A stretch of DNA of 64,000 nt, from NCBI GenBank assembly GCA_021469345.1, contig GCA_021469345.1_3049.1; one strand, written 5' to 3'. Source of the stretch: a phage. Below, one piece after another: positions 46,261 to 56,411 of this stretch; within the stretch, counting starts at the first letter, position 1; each line of letters opens with the position of its first letter. The position numbers and the translations under genes are program-made. The notes beneath the pieces are model-generated. The model saw only the letters and a list, made by a program, of their open reading frames with translations. It did no database searches and was not told the DNA's origin.

Positions 46261-47442
46261 ATGTCTATTGCAGATTTAAAATCCCGTTTGATTAAAGCTT
46301 CCACTTCTAAAATGACTGCTGAACTGACTACATCTAAATTCTTTAATGAAAAGGATGTAATCCGTACAAAAATTCCAATGCTCAATATCGCTATTTCAGG
46401 TGCGATTGACGGTGGTATGCAGTCTGGTTTAACTATTTTCGCAGGGCCTTCTAAACACTTTAAATCAAATATGTCTTTGACTATGGTTGCGGCATATTTG
46501 AACAAATATCCTGACGCGGTTTGTCTATTCTATGATAGTGAATTTGGTATTACTCCAGCTTATTTGCGATCCATGGGAGTTGACCCGGAACGAGTAATTC
46601 ATACGCCAATTCAGTCAGTTGAACAGCTGAAAATTGATATGGTGAACCAGCTTGAAGCTATTGAGCGCGGTGAAAAAGTCATTGTATTCATCGACTCAAT
46701 CGGTAATATGGCTTCTAAGAAAGAAACTGAAGATGCCTTGAATGAAAAATCTGTGGCAGATATGACTCGTGCTAAATCACTGAAGTCATTATTCCGTATT
46801 GTTACTCCTTATTTTAGTATTAAAAACATTCCATGTGTTGCGGTTAACCACACAATTGAAACAATTGAAATGTTTAGTAAAACCGTGATGACAGGTGGTA
46901 CAGGCGTAATGTATTCGGCTGATACCGTATTCATTATCGGTAAGCGTCAGATTAAAGATGGTTCTGATCTTCAGGGGTATCAATTTGTTCTAAATGTAGA
47001 AAAATCTCGTACCGTTAAAGAAAAAAGTAAATTCTTTATTGATGTTAAATTTGATGGTGGTATCGATCCTTATTCTGGATTGTTAGATATGGCTCTAGAA
47101 TTAGGATTTGTAGTAAAACCTAAAAATGGCTGGTATGCTCGTGAATTTCTTGATGAAGAAACCGGCGAGATGATTCGCGAAGAAAAATCTTGGCGTGCAA
47201 AAGATACCAATTGCACTACATTCTGGGGTCCTTTATTTAAGCATCAACCATTCCGAGATGCTATTAAACGTGCTTATCAGTTAGGTGCTATTGATAGTAA
47301 TGAAATTGTTGAAGCTGAAGTTGATGAATTGATTAACTCAAAAGTTGAAAAATTTAAATCTCCAGAAAGTAAAAGTAAATCAGCAGCTGATTTAGAAACT
47401 GACCTCGAGCAGTTAAGTGATATGGAAGAATTTAATGAATAA
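46261..47442 (+). CDS. uvsX: UvsX recombinase (RecA-like)
   Basis: Walker A GPSKHFKS; close match to T4 UvsX as recalled. Confidence 0.95.
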   Translation: MSIADLKSRLIKASTSKMTAELTTSKFFNEKDVIRTKIPMLNIAISGAIDGGMQSGLTIFAGPSKHFKSNMSLTMVAAYLNKYPDAVCLFYDSEFGITPAYLRSMGVDPERVIHTPIQSVEQLKIDMVNQLEAIERGEKVIVFIDSIGNMASKKETEDALNEKSVADMTRAKSLKSLFRIVTPYFSIKNIPCVAVNHTIETIEMFSKTVMTGGTGVMYSADTVFIIGKRQIKDGSDLQGYQFVLNVEKSRTVKEKSKFFIDVKFDGGIDPYSGLLDMALELGFVVKPKNGWYAREFLDEETGEMIREEKSWRAKDTNCTTFWGPLFKHQPFRDAIKRAYQLGAIDSNEIVEAEVDELINSKVEKFKSPESKSKSAADLETDLEQLSDMEEFNE

Positions 47443-47779
47443 AGATGATTTAGACTTAGATCTAGAAATTATCGATGAATCCCCCTCTTCGGAGGGGGAA
47501 GAAGAAAGAAAAGAACGTCTTTTTAATGAGTCTCTTAAGATAATTAAATCTGCCATGGAAAATGTTATCCAGGAGATTGTCATTAAACTAGAAGATGGTT
47601 CTACACACATTGTGTATGTGACAAAATTAGATTGGGTTGATGGAAAAGTCGTAATGGACTTTGTTGTTCTTGACCAAGAAAGAAAAGCTGAGTTAGCTCC
47701 TCATGTAGAAAAATGTATTACAATGCAACTACAAGATGCATTTAATAAAAGGTCAAAGAAAAAGTTTAAATTCTTTTAA
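47435..47779 (+). CDS. 40: gp40-like protein (114 aa)
   Basis: trimmed from GTG 47417 to ATG 47435; position between uvsX and 41. Confidence 0.55.
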   Translation: MNKDDLDLDLEIIDESPSSEGEEERKERLFNESLKIIKSAMENVIQEIVIKLEDGSTHIVYVTKLDWVDGKVVMDFVVLDQERKAELAPHVEKCITMQLQDAFNKRSKKKFKFF

Positions 47780-47788
47780 GGAGTAAGT

Positions 47789-49216
47789 GTGGTAGAAATT
47801 ATTCTTTCTCATCTTATATTTGATCAAGCTTATTTTTCAAAAGTTTGGCCATATATGGATTCAGAATATTTTGAAAGTGGTCCAGCTAAAAATACGTTCA
47901 AATTAATTAAATCTCATGTTAATGAGTATCATAGCGTTCCATCTATTAATGCGTTAAATGTTGCATTAGAAAATAGTTCATTTACTGAAACAGAATATTC
48001 TGGTGTAAAAACACTTATTTCAAAACTAGCTGATTCTCCGGAAGACCACAGCTGGTTAGTAAAAGAAACAGAAAAATATGTTCAGCAAAGGGCGATGTTT
48101 AATGCTACGTCTAAAATAATCGAAATTCAAACTAATGCTGAGCTTCCTCCGGAAAAACGAAATAAGAAAATGCCGGATGTTGGTGCTATTCCTGACATTA
48201 TGCGTCAAGCATTATCAATTTCATTTGATAGCTACGTTGGTCATGATTGGATGGATGACTACGAAGCACGTTGGCTATCTTATATGAATAAAGCTCGTAA
48301 GGTTCCATTTAAACTCAGAATTCTAAACAAAATTACTAAAGGCGGAGCTGAGACTGGAACGCTGAACGTTTTAATGGCTGGCGTTAACGTTGGTAAATCA
48401 TTAGGACTTTGTTCATTAGCAGCAGATTATTTGCAGCTTGGTCATAACGTTCTTTATATCTCCATGGAAATGGCAGAAGAAGTCTGTGCTAAGCGTATTG
48501 ACGCTAATATGCTTGATGTTTCTCTTGATGACATTGATGATGGACATATTTCTTACGCTGAGTATAAAGGAAAAATGGAAAAATGGCGTGAGAAATCTAC
48601 TCTCGGTCGTTTAATTGTTAAACAGTATCCTACTGGTGGAGCAGATGCTAATACATTTCGATCACTTTTAAACGAATTGAAGCTCAAAAAGAATTTTGTT
48701 CCAACAATCATTATTGTCGACTATCTAGGTATTTGTAAATCTTGCCGCATTAGAGTTTATTCAGAAAATAGTTACACAACTGTTAAAGCTATTGCAGAGG
48801 AATTGCGGGCTCTGGCTGTTGAAACCGAAACTGTTCTTTGGACTGCAGCGCAGGTTGGTAAACAAGCTTGGGATTCTTCCGATGTTAACATGAGCGATAT
48901 TGCAGAATCTGCCGGTCTTCCAGCGACAGCCGATTTTATGCTTGCGGTCATTGAAACCGAGGAGCTAGCAGCTGCTGAACAACAACTCATTAAGCAAATC
49001 AAATCACGATATGGTGATAAGAACAAATGGAATAAGTTTTTGATGGGTGTTCAAAAAGGAAATCAGAAATGGGTAGAAATTGAACAAGATTCTACTCCAA
49101 CTGGAGTGAGTGAAGTAGCAGGTTCACAACAGATTCAGGCTGAGCAGAATCGCTATCAAAGAAACGAATCGACTCGAGCTCAGTTAGATGCTTTGGCAAA
49201 TGAATTAAAATTTTAG
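47789..49216 (+). CDS. 41: replicative helicase gp41 (DnaB-like, 475 aa)
   Basis: Walker A GVNVGKS; size and position as T4; GTG start. Confidence 0.95.
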   Translation: MVEIILSHLIFDQAYFSKVWPYMDSEYFESGPAKNTFKLIKSHVNEYHSVPSINALNVALENSSFTETEYSGVKTLISKLADSPEDHSWLVKETEKYVQQRAMFNATSKIIEIQTNAELPPEKRNKKMPDVGAIPDIMRQALSISFDSYVGHDWMDDYEARWLSYMNKARKVPFKLRILNKITKGGAETGTLNVLMAGVNVGKSLGLCSLAADYLQLGHNVLYISMEMAEEVCAKRIDANMLDVSLDDIDDGHISYAEYKGKMEKWREKSTLGRLIVKQYPTGGADANTFRSLLNELKLKKNFVPTIIIVDYLGICKSCRIRVYSENSYTTVKAIAEELRALAVETETVLWTAAQVGKQAWDSSDVNMSDIAESAGLPATADFMLAVIETEELAAAEQQLIKQIKSRYGDKNKWNKFLMGVQKGNQKWVEIEQDSTPTGVSEVAGSQQIQAEQNRYQRNESTRAQLDALANELKF

Positions 49217-49245
49217 TTTACAAGCTGACGAGACTATGGTATAGT
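49216..49245 (+). promoter_or_regulatory. T4-type early promoter
   Basis: GTTTAC 49216-49221, 18-nt spacer, TATAGT; imperfect inverted repeat around -10. Confidence 0.6.
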
Positions 49246-49274
49246 AGTCTTGTTGGTTAAATGAGGAGATTTTT

Positions 49275-49457
49275 ATGGAATTGGTAAAGGTAGTTTTTAT
49301 GGGGTGGTTTAAGAATGAAAGCATGTTTACTAAAGAAATCACAATGATGAAAGATGACGTTCAATGGGCTACTACTCAATATGCTGAAGTTAATAAAGCA
49401 TTAGTTAAAGCTTTCATTGATGACAAGAAAGTATGTGAAGTGGATTGCCGAGGATAA
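49275..49457 (+). CDS. dmd: Dmd antitoxin (60 aa)
   Basis: size and position first after gene 41; sequence recalled as T4 Dmd. Confidence 0.8.
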   Translation: MELVKVVFMGWFKNESMFTKEITMMKDDVQWATTQYAEVNKALVKAFIDDKKVCEVDCRG

Positions 49458-49458
49458 T

Positions 49459-49716
49459 ATGCATATTGTTTTATTTAAACCTACACCGTATAACATCAGG
49501 AAAAATACTCAATTCAAAGCACTTATTGCAGATACGTGGGAATTGGTGTTAGATATTCCACCAGAAGAAAGTCCTCCATCTGGTCGAGTGGAATTTATTA
49601 AGTTTGCTGTACGTCCTACGAAACGACAGATTCGTCAGTGTAAAAGGTATTTTCGTAAGATCGTTAAGCTAGAGAAACAGTTTGTAACATGTGATTACGC
49701 AAAAGTTTTAAAATAA
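49459..49716 (+). CDS. hypothetical protein (61.4 position)
   Basis: trimmed to ATG 49459; this T4 position is reported in the literature as tifA but identity not verifiable here. Confidence 0.4.
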   Translation: MHIVLFKPTPYNIRKNTQFKALIADTWELVLDIPPEESPPSGRVEFIKFAVRPTKRQIRQCKRYFRKIVKLEKQFVTCDYAKVLK

Positions 49717-49718
49717 CT

Positions 49719-49748
49719 GTTTACTTTTATTGGAAATTGAGATACTAT
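49719..49748 (+). promoter_or_regulatory. T4-type early promoter
   Basis: GTTTAC 49719-49724, 18-nt spacer, TACTAT. Confidence 0.55.
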
Positions 49749-49777
49749 ATAAACATAAACTACTGAGGAGATTAATC

Positions 49778-50071
49778 ATGAAAAAATTTATCTTTGCTAC
49801 AATTTTTGCTTTGGCTTCTTGTGCTGCTCAGCCTGCTATGGCAGGTTATGATAAAGATTTGTGCGAATGGTCTATGACTGCGGATCAGACTGAGGTTGAA
49901 ACTCAAATTGAAGCAGATATTATGAATATCGTTGAGCGCGATCGTCCTGAAATGAAAGCTGAAGTGCAAAAACAACTTAAGTCTGGTGGTGTAATGCAGT
50001 ATAATTATGTTCTGTATTGCGATAAAAACTTTAATAACAAAAATATCGTAACCGAAATCACAGGTGAATAA
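49778..50071 (+). CDS. sp: Spackle periplasmic protein (97 aa)
   Basis: trimmed to ATG 49778; signal peptide; size and position as T4 sp. Confidence 0.75.
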   Translation: MKKFIFATIFALASCAAQPAMAGYDKDLCEWSMTADQTEVETQIEADIMNIVERDRPEMKAEVQKQLKSGGVMQYNYVLYCDKNFNNKNIVTEITGE

Positions 50072-50072
50072 T

Positions 50073-50705
50073 ATGATTTATTATATGCACAAAAATCCAC
50101 CGTTTAAATACGGTAAATTTCCTGATGCACAATGTTATAATATAACGCCTGATGAAAATAACCGTGGATATCTTATTGGCACAATTTTTGTAATTGTTAA
50201 AGATAACGAAATCGTTGCCTGGGCAGATTTTAAAGGTACAACACATGATGTTAATCCGGTGCCTTTCACATATTACAATATAATGGATTTGGCATATGAT
50301 TATAATTGGTTTAATCATGACAATTTAGTTCATATTGAAGGCGTAGGATTTGACATCTCTTATTCTAGTTATTCGTTGTGCCCTATGAGCCGAGCTTATA
50401 AAGAGCCTGAATATTTTTCATTTCGTCGGCGTGTAGACTTTAAACGCAGTACAGAGTATGTCGGTGGAATCTTTGTTAAAGATAATCGAATTACTCGCAT
50501 TATTTATCCTTTGGGCTTTGGTCAAAAAGATATTGATGTTGATTTAGACTTTACTGAAAACAGCATTAATCATATTGCTTCTGTGTATTTTGATATTGAT
50601 CACAAAATTGTAATATGTGGATATGAATTACCATCCGAAAAACAGTCTAAAGTAAATGTTTCTATTGATGACCAAATTTTTAATGCTTTTATGAATAGAG
50701 GTTAA
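50073..50705 (+). CDS. hypothetical protein (61.2 position, 210 aa)
   Basis: trimmed from GTG 50064 to ATG 50073. Confidence 0.55.
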   Translation: MIYYMHKNPPFKYGKFPDAQCYNITPDENNRGYLIGTIFVIVKDNEIVAWADFKGTTHDVNPVPFTYYNIMDLAYDYNWFNHDNLVHIEGVGFDISYSSYSLCPMSRAYKEPEYFSFRRRVDFKRSTEYVGGIFVKDNRITRIIYPLGFGQKDIDVDLDFTENSINHIASVYFDIDHKIVICGYELPSEKQSKVNVSIDDQIFNAFMNRG

Positions 50706-50706
50706 T

Positions 50707-50871
50707 ATGAAAACATTTAAAGAATTTATCAAAGAAGATATGGTCGCTGGAGATTCAGGTGGTAATCCTGAAAATATCTCTACTGGAACAACATCAGGTG
50801 CTGTAGTAAATAAAGGTCCTGAACAGATTCCTAAAAAGAAAAAAGAGGAATCTAAAGAAAAAGAAGAGTAA
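50707..50871 (+). CDS. small protein with capsid-targeting-like N-terminus MKTFKEFIKE (54 aa)
   Basis: ATG 50707; N-terminus resembles internal-protein CTS with I-x-E cleavage context; Lys/Glu-rich tail. Confidence 0.45.
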   Translation: MKTFKEFIKEDMVAGDSGGNPENISTGTTSGAVVNKGPEQIPKKKKEESKEKEE

Positions 50872-50873
50872 AA

Positions 50874-51902
50874 ATGTCATCAATACCTTGGATTGATAAT
50901 GAGTTTGCATACCGTGCATTAGCTCATTTACCTAAATTCACACAAGTAAATAATAGTTCAACTTTTAAATTGCGGTTTAGATGCCCAGTGTGTGGAGATT
51001 CAAAAACCGACCAAAATAAAGCCCGTGGATGGTATTATGGTGATAATAATGAAGGAAATATTCATTGTTATAACTGTAACTATCATGCACCAATCGGAAT
51101 ATATTTAAAGGAGTTTGAACCTGATTTATATCGTGAGTATATCTTTGAAATAAGAAAAGAAAAAGGTAAAAGTCGTCCAGTAGAAAAACCTAAAGAACTT
51201 CCTAAACAACCTGAGAAGAAAATAATTAAATCTCTTCCGTCATGTGTTCGATTAGATAAACTGGCGGAAGACCATGCAATTATAAAATATATAAAAGCTC
51301 GTTGTATTCCAAAGGATAAATGGAAATATCTTTGGTTTACAACTGAATGGCCTAAATTAGTTAATAGCATAGCACCGGGAACATATAAAAAGGAAATACC
51401 TGAGCCTCGTCTTGTTATTCCAATTTATAATGCTAATGGAAAAGCTGAGTCTTTTCAAGGACGTGCATTAAAGAAAGATGCTCCTCAAAAATATATCACC
51501 ATCAAAGCTTATCCTGAGGCAACAAAAATCTATGGAGTCGAACGAGTTAAAGATGGTGATGTATATGTTCTAGAAGGACCTATAGATTCACTTTTTATTG
51601 AAAATGGTATAGCTATTACGGGCGGTCAATTAGACCTAGAAGTTGTTCCATTTAAAGATAGACGTGTGTGGGTTTTAGATAATGAACCTCGTCATCCTGA
51701 CACTATTAAGCGAATGACTAAATTAGTTGATGCAGGAGAAAGGGTTATGTTTTGGGATAAATCTCCCTGGAAATCAAAAGATGTTAATGATATGATTAGA
51801 AAGGAAGGTGCAACCCCTGAACAAATTATGGAATATATGAAAAATAATATTGCCCAGGGGTTAATGGCTAAAATGCGGTTATCTAAATATGCTAAGATTT
51901 AA
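50874..51902 (+). CDS. 61: DNA primase gp61 (342 aa)
   Basis: zinc-ribbon CPVCGD...CYNC and TOPRIM region; size and position as T4. Confidence 0.9.
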   Translation: MSSIPWIDNEFAYRALAHLPKFTQVNNSSTFKLRFRCPVCGDSKTDQNKARGWYYGDNNEGNIHCYNCNYHAPIGIYLKEFEPDLYREYIFEIRKEKGKSRPVEKPKELPKQPEKKIIKSLPSCVRLDKLAEDHAIIKYIKARCIPKDKWKYLWFTTEWPKLVNSIAPGTYKKEIPEPRLVIPIYNANGKAESFQGRALKKDAPQKYITIKAYPEATKIYGVERVKDGDVYVLEGPIDSLFIENGIAITGGQLDLEVVPFKDRRVWVLDNEPRHPDTIKRMTKLVDAGERVMFWDKSPWKSKDVNDMIRKEGATPEQIMEYMKNNIAQGLMAKMRLSKYAKI

Positions 51903-52099
51903 ATTAACCCAACTAAAGCAAATGCTAAATCTACAAATGTATCAAGAGTAACTACTGGAATACTAACGCCATGAGCAATAGCAACTGGCGATAAAACAAA
52001 ATTCCAAAGTAAAATTCCTACCATAGCAGAAATAGTAAAAGCTATACGCTTTTTATTACCTTTGATGGCATTAACAAGTGCCATTAATTTTTGTACCAT
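51899..52099 (-). CDS. small hydrophobic membrane protein (66 aa), antisense to flanking genes
   Basis: ORF track; AAGGAGG SD 4 nt before ATG on minus strand; GATAAATA late-promoter-like element upstream; two predicted TM helices. Confidence 0.5.
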   Translation of the reverse strand: MVQKLMALVNAIKGNKKRIAFTISAMVGILLWNFVLSPVAIAHGVSIPVVTLDTFVDLAFALVGLI

Positions 52100-52201
52100 A
52101 TGTCCTCCTTTAAATTAATATTTATCGCAAAACGTGTTAGTATTACTATCAAATACATATGATGAAGAATTGTATAATTCGTTTTTTGCTGCAATAAATG
52201 A

Positions 52202-52990
<789 letters not shown>

Positions 52991-53050
52991 TTGCTTACAT
53001 ACTCAAATGATATAATTATTTAACTTATTAATGAATTGAAAGGAAAACTA

Positions 53051-53569
53051 ATGGCTCACTTTAATGAATGTGCTCATTTGATCAAAGGTGTTGATAAAGC
53101 AAATCGTGCATATGCTGAGAATATTATGCACAATATTGACCCACTGCAGGTTATGCTTGATATGCAGCGGCATTTACAGATTCGTTTGGCTAATGATAAA
53201 CCAGAAACAAATCGTCATCCCGATTCACTTGAAACTGCAGGAGAAGTTCTTGCTTGGCTGCGAAACCAAGACGATTATATCGCAGACGAAACTCGCGAGT
53301 TATATACTTCTCTTGGCGGTATGAGTAATGGCGAAAAAGAAGCTTCTGCTGTATGGAAACCTTGGAAGAAACGTTATTCTGAAATGCAATCCAAGAAAAT
53401 TCAAGATTTATCTCCTGAAGATCAGCTTGAAATTAAATTTGAACTGATTGACCAATTTCACTTTTTCATGAATAAATTTATTGCTCTTGGAATGTCAGCT
53501 GAAGAAATCTTTAAACTTTATTATCTGAAAAATGCCGAGAACTTTGCTCGTCAGGACCGAGGTTATTAA
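53051..53569 (+). CDS. 56: dCTP pyrophosphatase gp56
   Basis: trimmed from TTG 53036 to ATG 53051; size and position as T4. Confidence 0.85.
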   Translation: MAHFNECAHLIKGVDKANRAYAENIMHNIDPLQVMLDMQRHLQIRLANDKPETNRHPDSLETAGEVLAWLRNQDDYIADETRELYTSLGGMSNGEKEASAVWKPWKKRYSEMQSKKIQDLSPEDQLEIKFELIDQFHFFMNKFIALGMSAEEIFKLYYLKNAENFARQDRGY

Positions 53570-53769
53570 TGGCTCGTTTAAATAAACGCCAGCTCAAGAA
53601 AGCCCATAAGAAACGTATTGACCAGCTATTTAAAGATTATAACAAGGAGCTCGTATGTGAGCTCTTATCTAATCAGCTTCGTATGGTTGATTGGATTGTA
53701 GAAAAAGGTCCTGACGAAATTTTTGTCAGTGAAGAAGCCTTAAAATTAATTATAGAGCATTCAAAATGA
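53569..53769 (+). CDS. hypothetical basic protein
   Basis: ORF track. Confidence 0.4.
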   Translation: MARLNKRQLKKAHKKRIDQLFKDYNKELVCELLSNQLRMVDWIVEKGPDEIFVSEEALKLIIEHSK

Positions 53770-53939
53770 AAATATCCAAAGAAGAATTTATTAGACGTCA
53801 AAAAGCTTTAATTAATTTACATGAGTGGTATGCTTATCAACTTAAAGTAGATAGCTCTAACATAAATGCTGTAATGGCTTTATATAAACAAATTCAAGAT
53901 GAGCATGAATTCCTGGCACAAGTTTTCATTGAAGATTGA
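53766..53939 (+). CDS. hypothetical small protein (57 aa)
   Basis: ATG 53766 overlapping upstream stop. Confidence 0.3.
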   Translation: MKISKEEFIRRQKALINLHEWYAYQLKVDSSNINAVMALYKQIQDEHEFLAQVFIED

Positions 53940-53947
53940 TATAAATA
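53940..53947 (+). promoter_or_regulatory. T4-type late promoter core TATAAATA upstream of soc
   Basis: exact TATAAATA about 30 nt before soc ATG, then AAGGAG SD. Confidence 0.55.
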
Positions 53948-53978
53948 CACCTGTAATTAAACAATAAAGGAGTTTATT

Positions 53979-54215
53979 ATGGGTGGTTTCGTTAATATAA
54001 AGACCTTTACTCATCCAGCAGGTGAAGGCAAAGAAGTTAAAGGTATGGAAGTTTCTGTTCCGTTTGAAATCTATTCTAACGAGCATCGTATTGCAGATTC
54101 TCATTATCAGACCTTTCCTTCTGAAAAGGCAGCATATTCTACTGTAGTTTCTGATGCAGCTGACTGGAAAACTAAGAATGCTGCAATGTTTACGCCTACA
54201 GCAATAGGTGGTTAA
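53979..54215 (+). CDS. soc: small outer capsid protein Soc homolog (78 aa)
   Basis: VNIKTF and HYQTFPSEKAAYSTV segments match T4 Soc as recalled. Confidence 0.85.
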   Translation: MGGFVNIKTFTHPAGEGKEVKGMEVSVPFEIYSNEHRIADSHYQTFPSEKAAYSTVVSDAADWKTKNAAMFTPTAIGG

Positions 54216-54223
54216 TAATTCAA

Positions 54224-54247
54224 GGACTCCTTCGGGAGTCCTTTTTT
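54224..54247 (+). terminator. strong rho-independent terminator after soc
   Basis: GGACTCC-TTCG-GGAGTCC + T6. Confidence 0.85.
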
Positions 54248-54256
54248 CATTTTATG

Positions 54257-54286
54257 GTTTACATATCAAAATGAGTATGGTATAAT
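54257..54286 (+). promoter_or_regulatory. T4-type early promoter
   Basis: GTTTAC 54257-54262, 18-nt spacer, TATAAT 54281-54286. Confidence 0.65.
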
Positions 54287-54312
54287 AGAATTATCTTATA
54301 GAGGAGAGCACT

Positions 54313-54519
54313 ATGTTAAATCGTTGGATTAAACCGAATGAAGATTTAGATATTATCATTTCACGACATGTAATGAAGAAATATGAACTACAACCATGGT
54401 CTACAGAAGTTGTTGTGCATTCATTTATGATGTACGCAGATGGTTCTGTCGAATTTAATGCAGAGATTCGATATGATTATGGTGAAAAGCAAGTCGAATT
54501 CAAAAGAGGCTTTTTGTGA
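54313..54519 (+). CDS. hypothetical protein
   Basis: ORF track; GAGGAGAG SD. Confidence 0.45.
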   Translation: MLNRWIKPNEDLDIIISRHVMKKYELQPWSTEVVVHSFMMYADGSVEFNAEIRYDYGEKQVEFKRGFL

Positions 54520-54857
54520 TGTTTATCTTTAATTGGTTTAAAAGTTTCTTTACGGATTTTTTCTCTACAGTTCCTGGGGAAGGTGTAGTTCCTATTTCAA
54601 ATGACTACCTTCCTTTAACTGTAGTTGAGTATGTTTATATGGGAGATGGAACAGTAGAAGCAGTTACTATGACTTATGAAGAAGCCCAGGAATATTATAA
54701 AAATCCTTGGCGCTGGTCAACACCTACATCATCTAATACGCAGAATACACAGTCTAGTTCTGATTCATATGATACTAATGTTCCTGTTCATGTATGGACT
54801 GGCGATTCATGTGGAAGTTCTTGTGATTCTAGTTGTTCATCTACATCTTGTGATTGA
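54519..54857 (+). CDS. hypothetical protein with Ser/Cys-rich C-terminal tail
   Basis: trimmed from GTG 54516 to ATG 54519; tail [18 protein letters not shown]. Confidence 0.5.
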   Translation: MFIFNWFKSFFTDFFSTVPGEGVVPISNDYLPLTVVEYVYMGDGTVEAVTMTYEEAQEYYKNPWRWSTPTSSNTQNTQSSSDSYDTNVPVHVWTGDSCGSSCDSSCSSTSCD

Positions 54858-54865
54858 GGAAAATT

Positions 54866-55351
54866 ATGGAAGCGATTTTGTTTGAAATGTATATTAGCAG
54901 TAATAGTTTGTCGTTTGCTAAAGACGTTCCAATTACCGTAGCAGTAATGATTGATAAGGGTTATTGTGACCCAATGTATCTCGTAGAAAATTTTGTTTCA
55001 ATGCCAGTTCCAGAAGATGCTGAAATAAAACTTAAAAAGATTGGTATTATTGAAACTGTACCAAATATTCCGTTTAGAGCAATTGAAGCATTTACTAAAT
55101 CCGAATACATTAATGTTAGCGCAGAACAATATAATGATAAACCTTTATCTTTTTATTCGTACGATTCAGTATATAGTTGGAAAATAGATAAAGGAAATAA
55201 ATTTATAATTGTGGACGAAGATGCTTTATCATACTTTATTTCTTCTGTATGGAATAGTTTACATCCAAATTTGCTAAAAATTCATGAATTTGATGATGCT
55301 CCTACTGTTGTTTTAGGTAAAACAAATGAAAGTTCTGAAGAAAATGCTTGA
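54866..55351 (+). CDS. hypothetical protein (161 aa), possibly Mrh
   Basis: trimmed from TTG 54854 to ATG 54866; name from size and approximate position only. Confidence 0.4.
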   Translation: MEAILFEMYISSNSLSFAKDVPITVAVMIDKGYCDPMYLVENFVSMPVPEDAEIKLKKIGIIETVPNIPFRAIEAFTKSEYINVSAEQYNDKPLSFYSYDSVYSWKIDKGNKFIIVDEDALSYFISSVWNSLHPNLLKIHEFDDAPTVVLGKTNESSEENA

Positions 55352-55529
55352 ATGGTTCAATAGACCAAACTCAATGTATATTGATGACGGTTGGGTTGAA
55401 CAGGCAAATAAAGAAATGCAGAACGAATCAGAAGAATGGATGAAATCAATGATTAGTGCTGAGAAAGAAAAGAAATTAGAGCGCTCAGCGCTTAGATTGA
55501 TGAGAGACATCTATGGAGATAAATCATGA
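55326..55529 (+). CDS. hypothetical small protein
   Basis: ORF track. Confidence 0.35.
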   Translation: MKVLKKMLEWFNRPNSMYIDDGWVEQANKEMQNESEEWMKSMISAEKEKKLERSALRLMRDIYGDKS

Positions 55530-55690
55530 ACAGATATATGACGCTAGAAGAGGCTAAAGCTAAAGCAAATGAAGCAATGGATTTGCTTCTTAAAATTGGC
55601 AGTAAAATGATGGAAGAAAATGAGAAATATATCCAGGAAAACAAAATTCCTGACGGTCCATTAGTAGGCAAAAGGAAATCACATGATTGA
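55526..55690 (+). CDS. hypothetical small protein (54 aa)
   Basis: ATG 55526, overlaps neighbours. Confidence 0.3.
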   Translation: MNRYMTLEEAKAKANEAMDLLLKIGSKMMEENEKYIQENKIPDGPLVGKRKSHD

Positions 55691-56153
55691 AGTAGCAAAA
55701 CACTATTCAATAGAATTTATGTCTAAAGAAGGTAAATCAGTAAATACACTTGATAAAAAGTGCTCATTAATTATTCCTTTAGCAGAAAATCCGGATCTTT
55801 TAATTAAAGATATAAAAGAAAGAAAATATCCAGAAAATATTATTCTAATTATAAAGCATACTGAAGATATTTTGCAGAATACTGATTCACCGTTTTCTTC
55901 TTCTGAAGCTTTAACTATTAAAGGCTATAAAAGAGCCCATGAATATGGTCTTTTTGACATGTTTGAAGACGATAAAGTTAAATTAGCGAGTCAACCTTCT
56001 AAAAGTAAAACATTCATTATTGAAGATATTAAAGATATAAATGCATTTGTTAGGATGGTCTGGGCTCATTTTGATGTTGGACTACGCTGGAGAATGTCCG
56101 AAGAAGAAAGAAAGATCATTGAAACTAATCGTAAATTTGGTTTTTATCGCTAG
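55683..56153 (+). CDS. hypothetical protein
   Basis: ORF track. Confidence 0.5.
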   Translation: MIEVAKHYSIEFMSKEGKSVNTLDKKCSLIIPLAENPDLLIKDIKERKYPENIILIIKHTEDILQNTDSPFSSSEALTIKGYKRAHEYGLFDMFEDDKVKLASQPSKSKTFIIEDIKDINAFVRMVWAHFDVGLRWRMSEEERKIIETNRKFGFYR

Positions 56154-56161
56154 GAATTAAT

Positions 56162-56344
56162 ATGGATTTATTTGAGATGTTAGAAGATAATCATTCTACG
56201 AATAACCAGAATGATTCTAGTGATTATAAGAAAGAATACCGTATAGTATTACAGAATTATGGAATTGAAGCCCCAGATGCTCTTCTAGAAGAACTAGCTT
56301 CATACCATCTTGACCCTCCGCCCTGGGCTCCCTGGGCAAAATAA
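56162..56344 (+). CDS. hypothetical small acidic protein
   Basis: ORF track. Confidence 0.4.
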   Translation: MDLFEMLEDNHSTNNQNDSSDYKKEYRIVLQNYGIEAPDALLEELASYHLDPPPWAPWAK

Positions 56345-56355
56345 TTCAAAAAGTT

Positions 56356-56385
56356 GTTTACTTTCCTTTCTAACGATGATATGAT
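56356..56385 (+). promoter_or_regulatory. T4-type early promoter
   Basis: GTTTAC 56356-56361, 18-nt spacer, TATGAT. Confidence 0.55.
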
Positions 56386-56411
56386 AGCTTCTGAAGTATA
56401 CGGAGGCTATC

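Noticed and set aside
46239-46295. Short upstream ORF (MMPMEKMNVYCRFKIPFD) overlapping the uvsX start
   Set aside because: Overlaps the UvsX initiation region out of frame; more likely the SD region of uvsX than a separate gene
47466-47486. GC-rich hairpin CCCCCTC-TTCG-GAGGGGG resembling an intergenic terminator
   Set aside because: It lies inside the gene 40 coding sequence (encodes ESPSSEGE) with no T-run; probably an mRNA structural element, not a terminator
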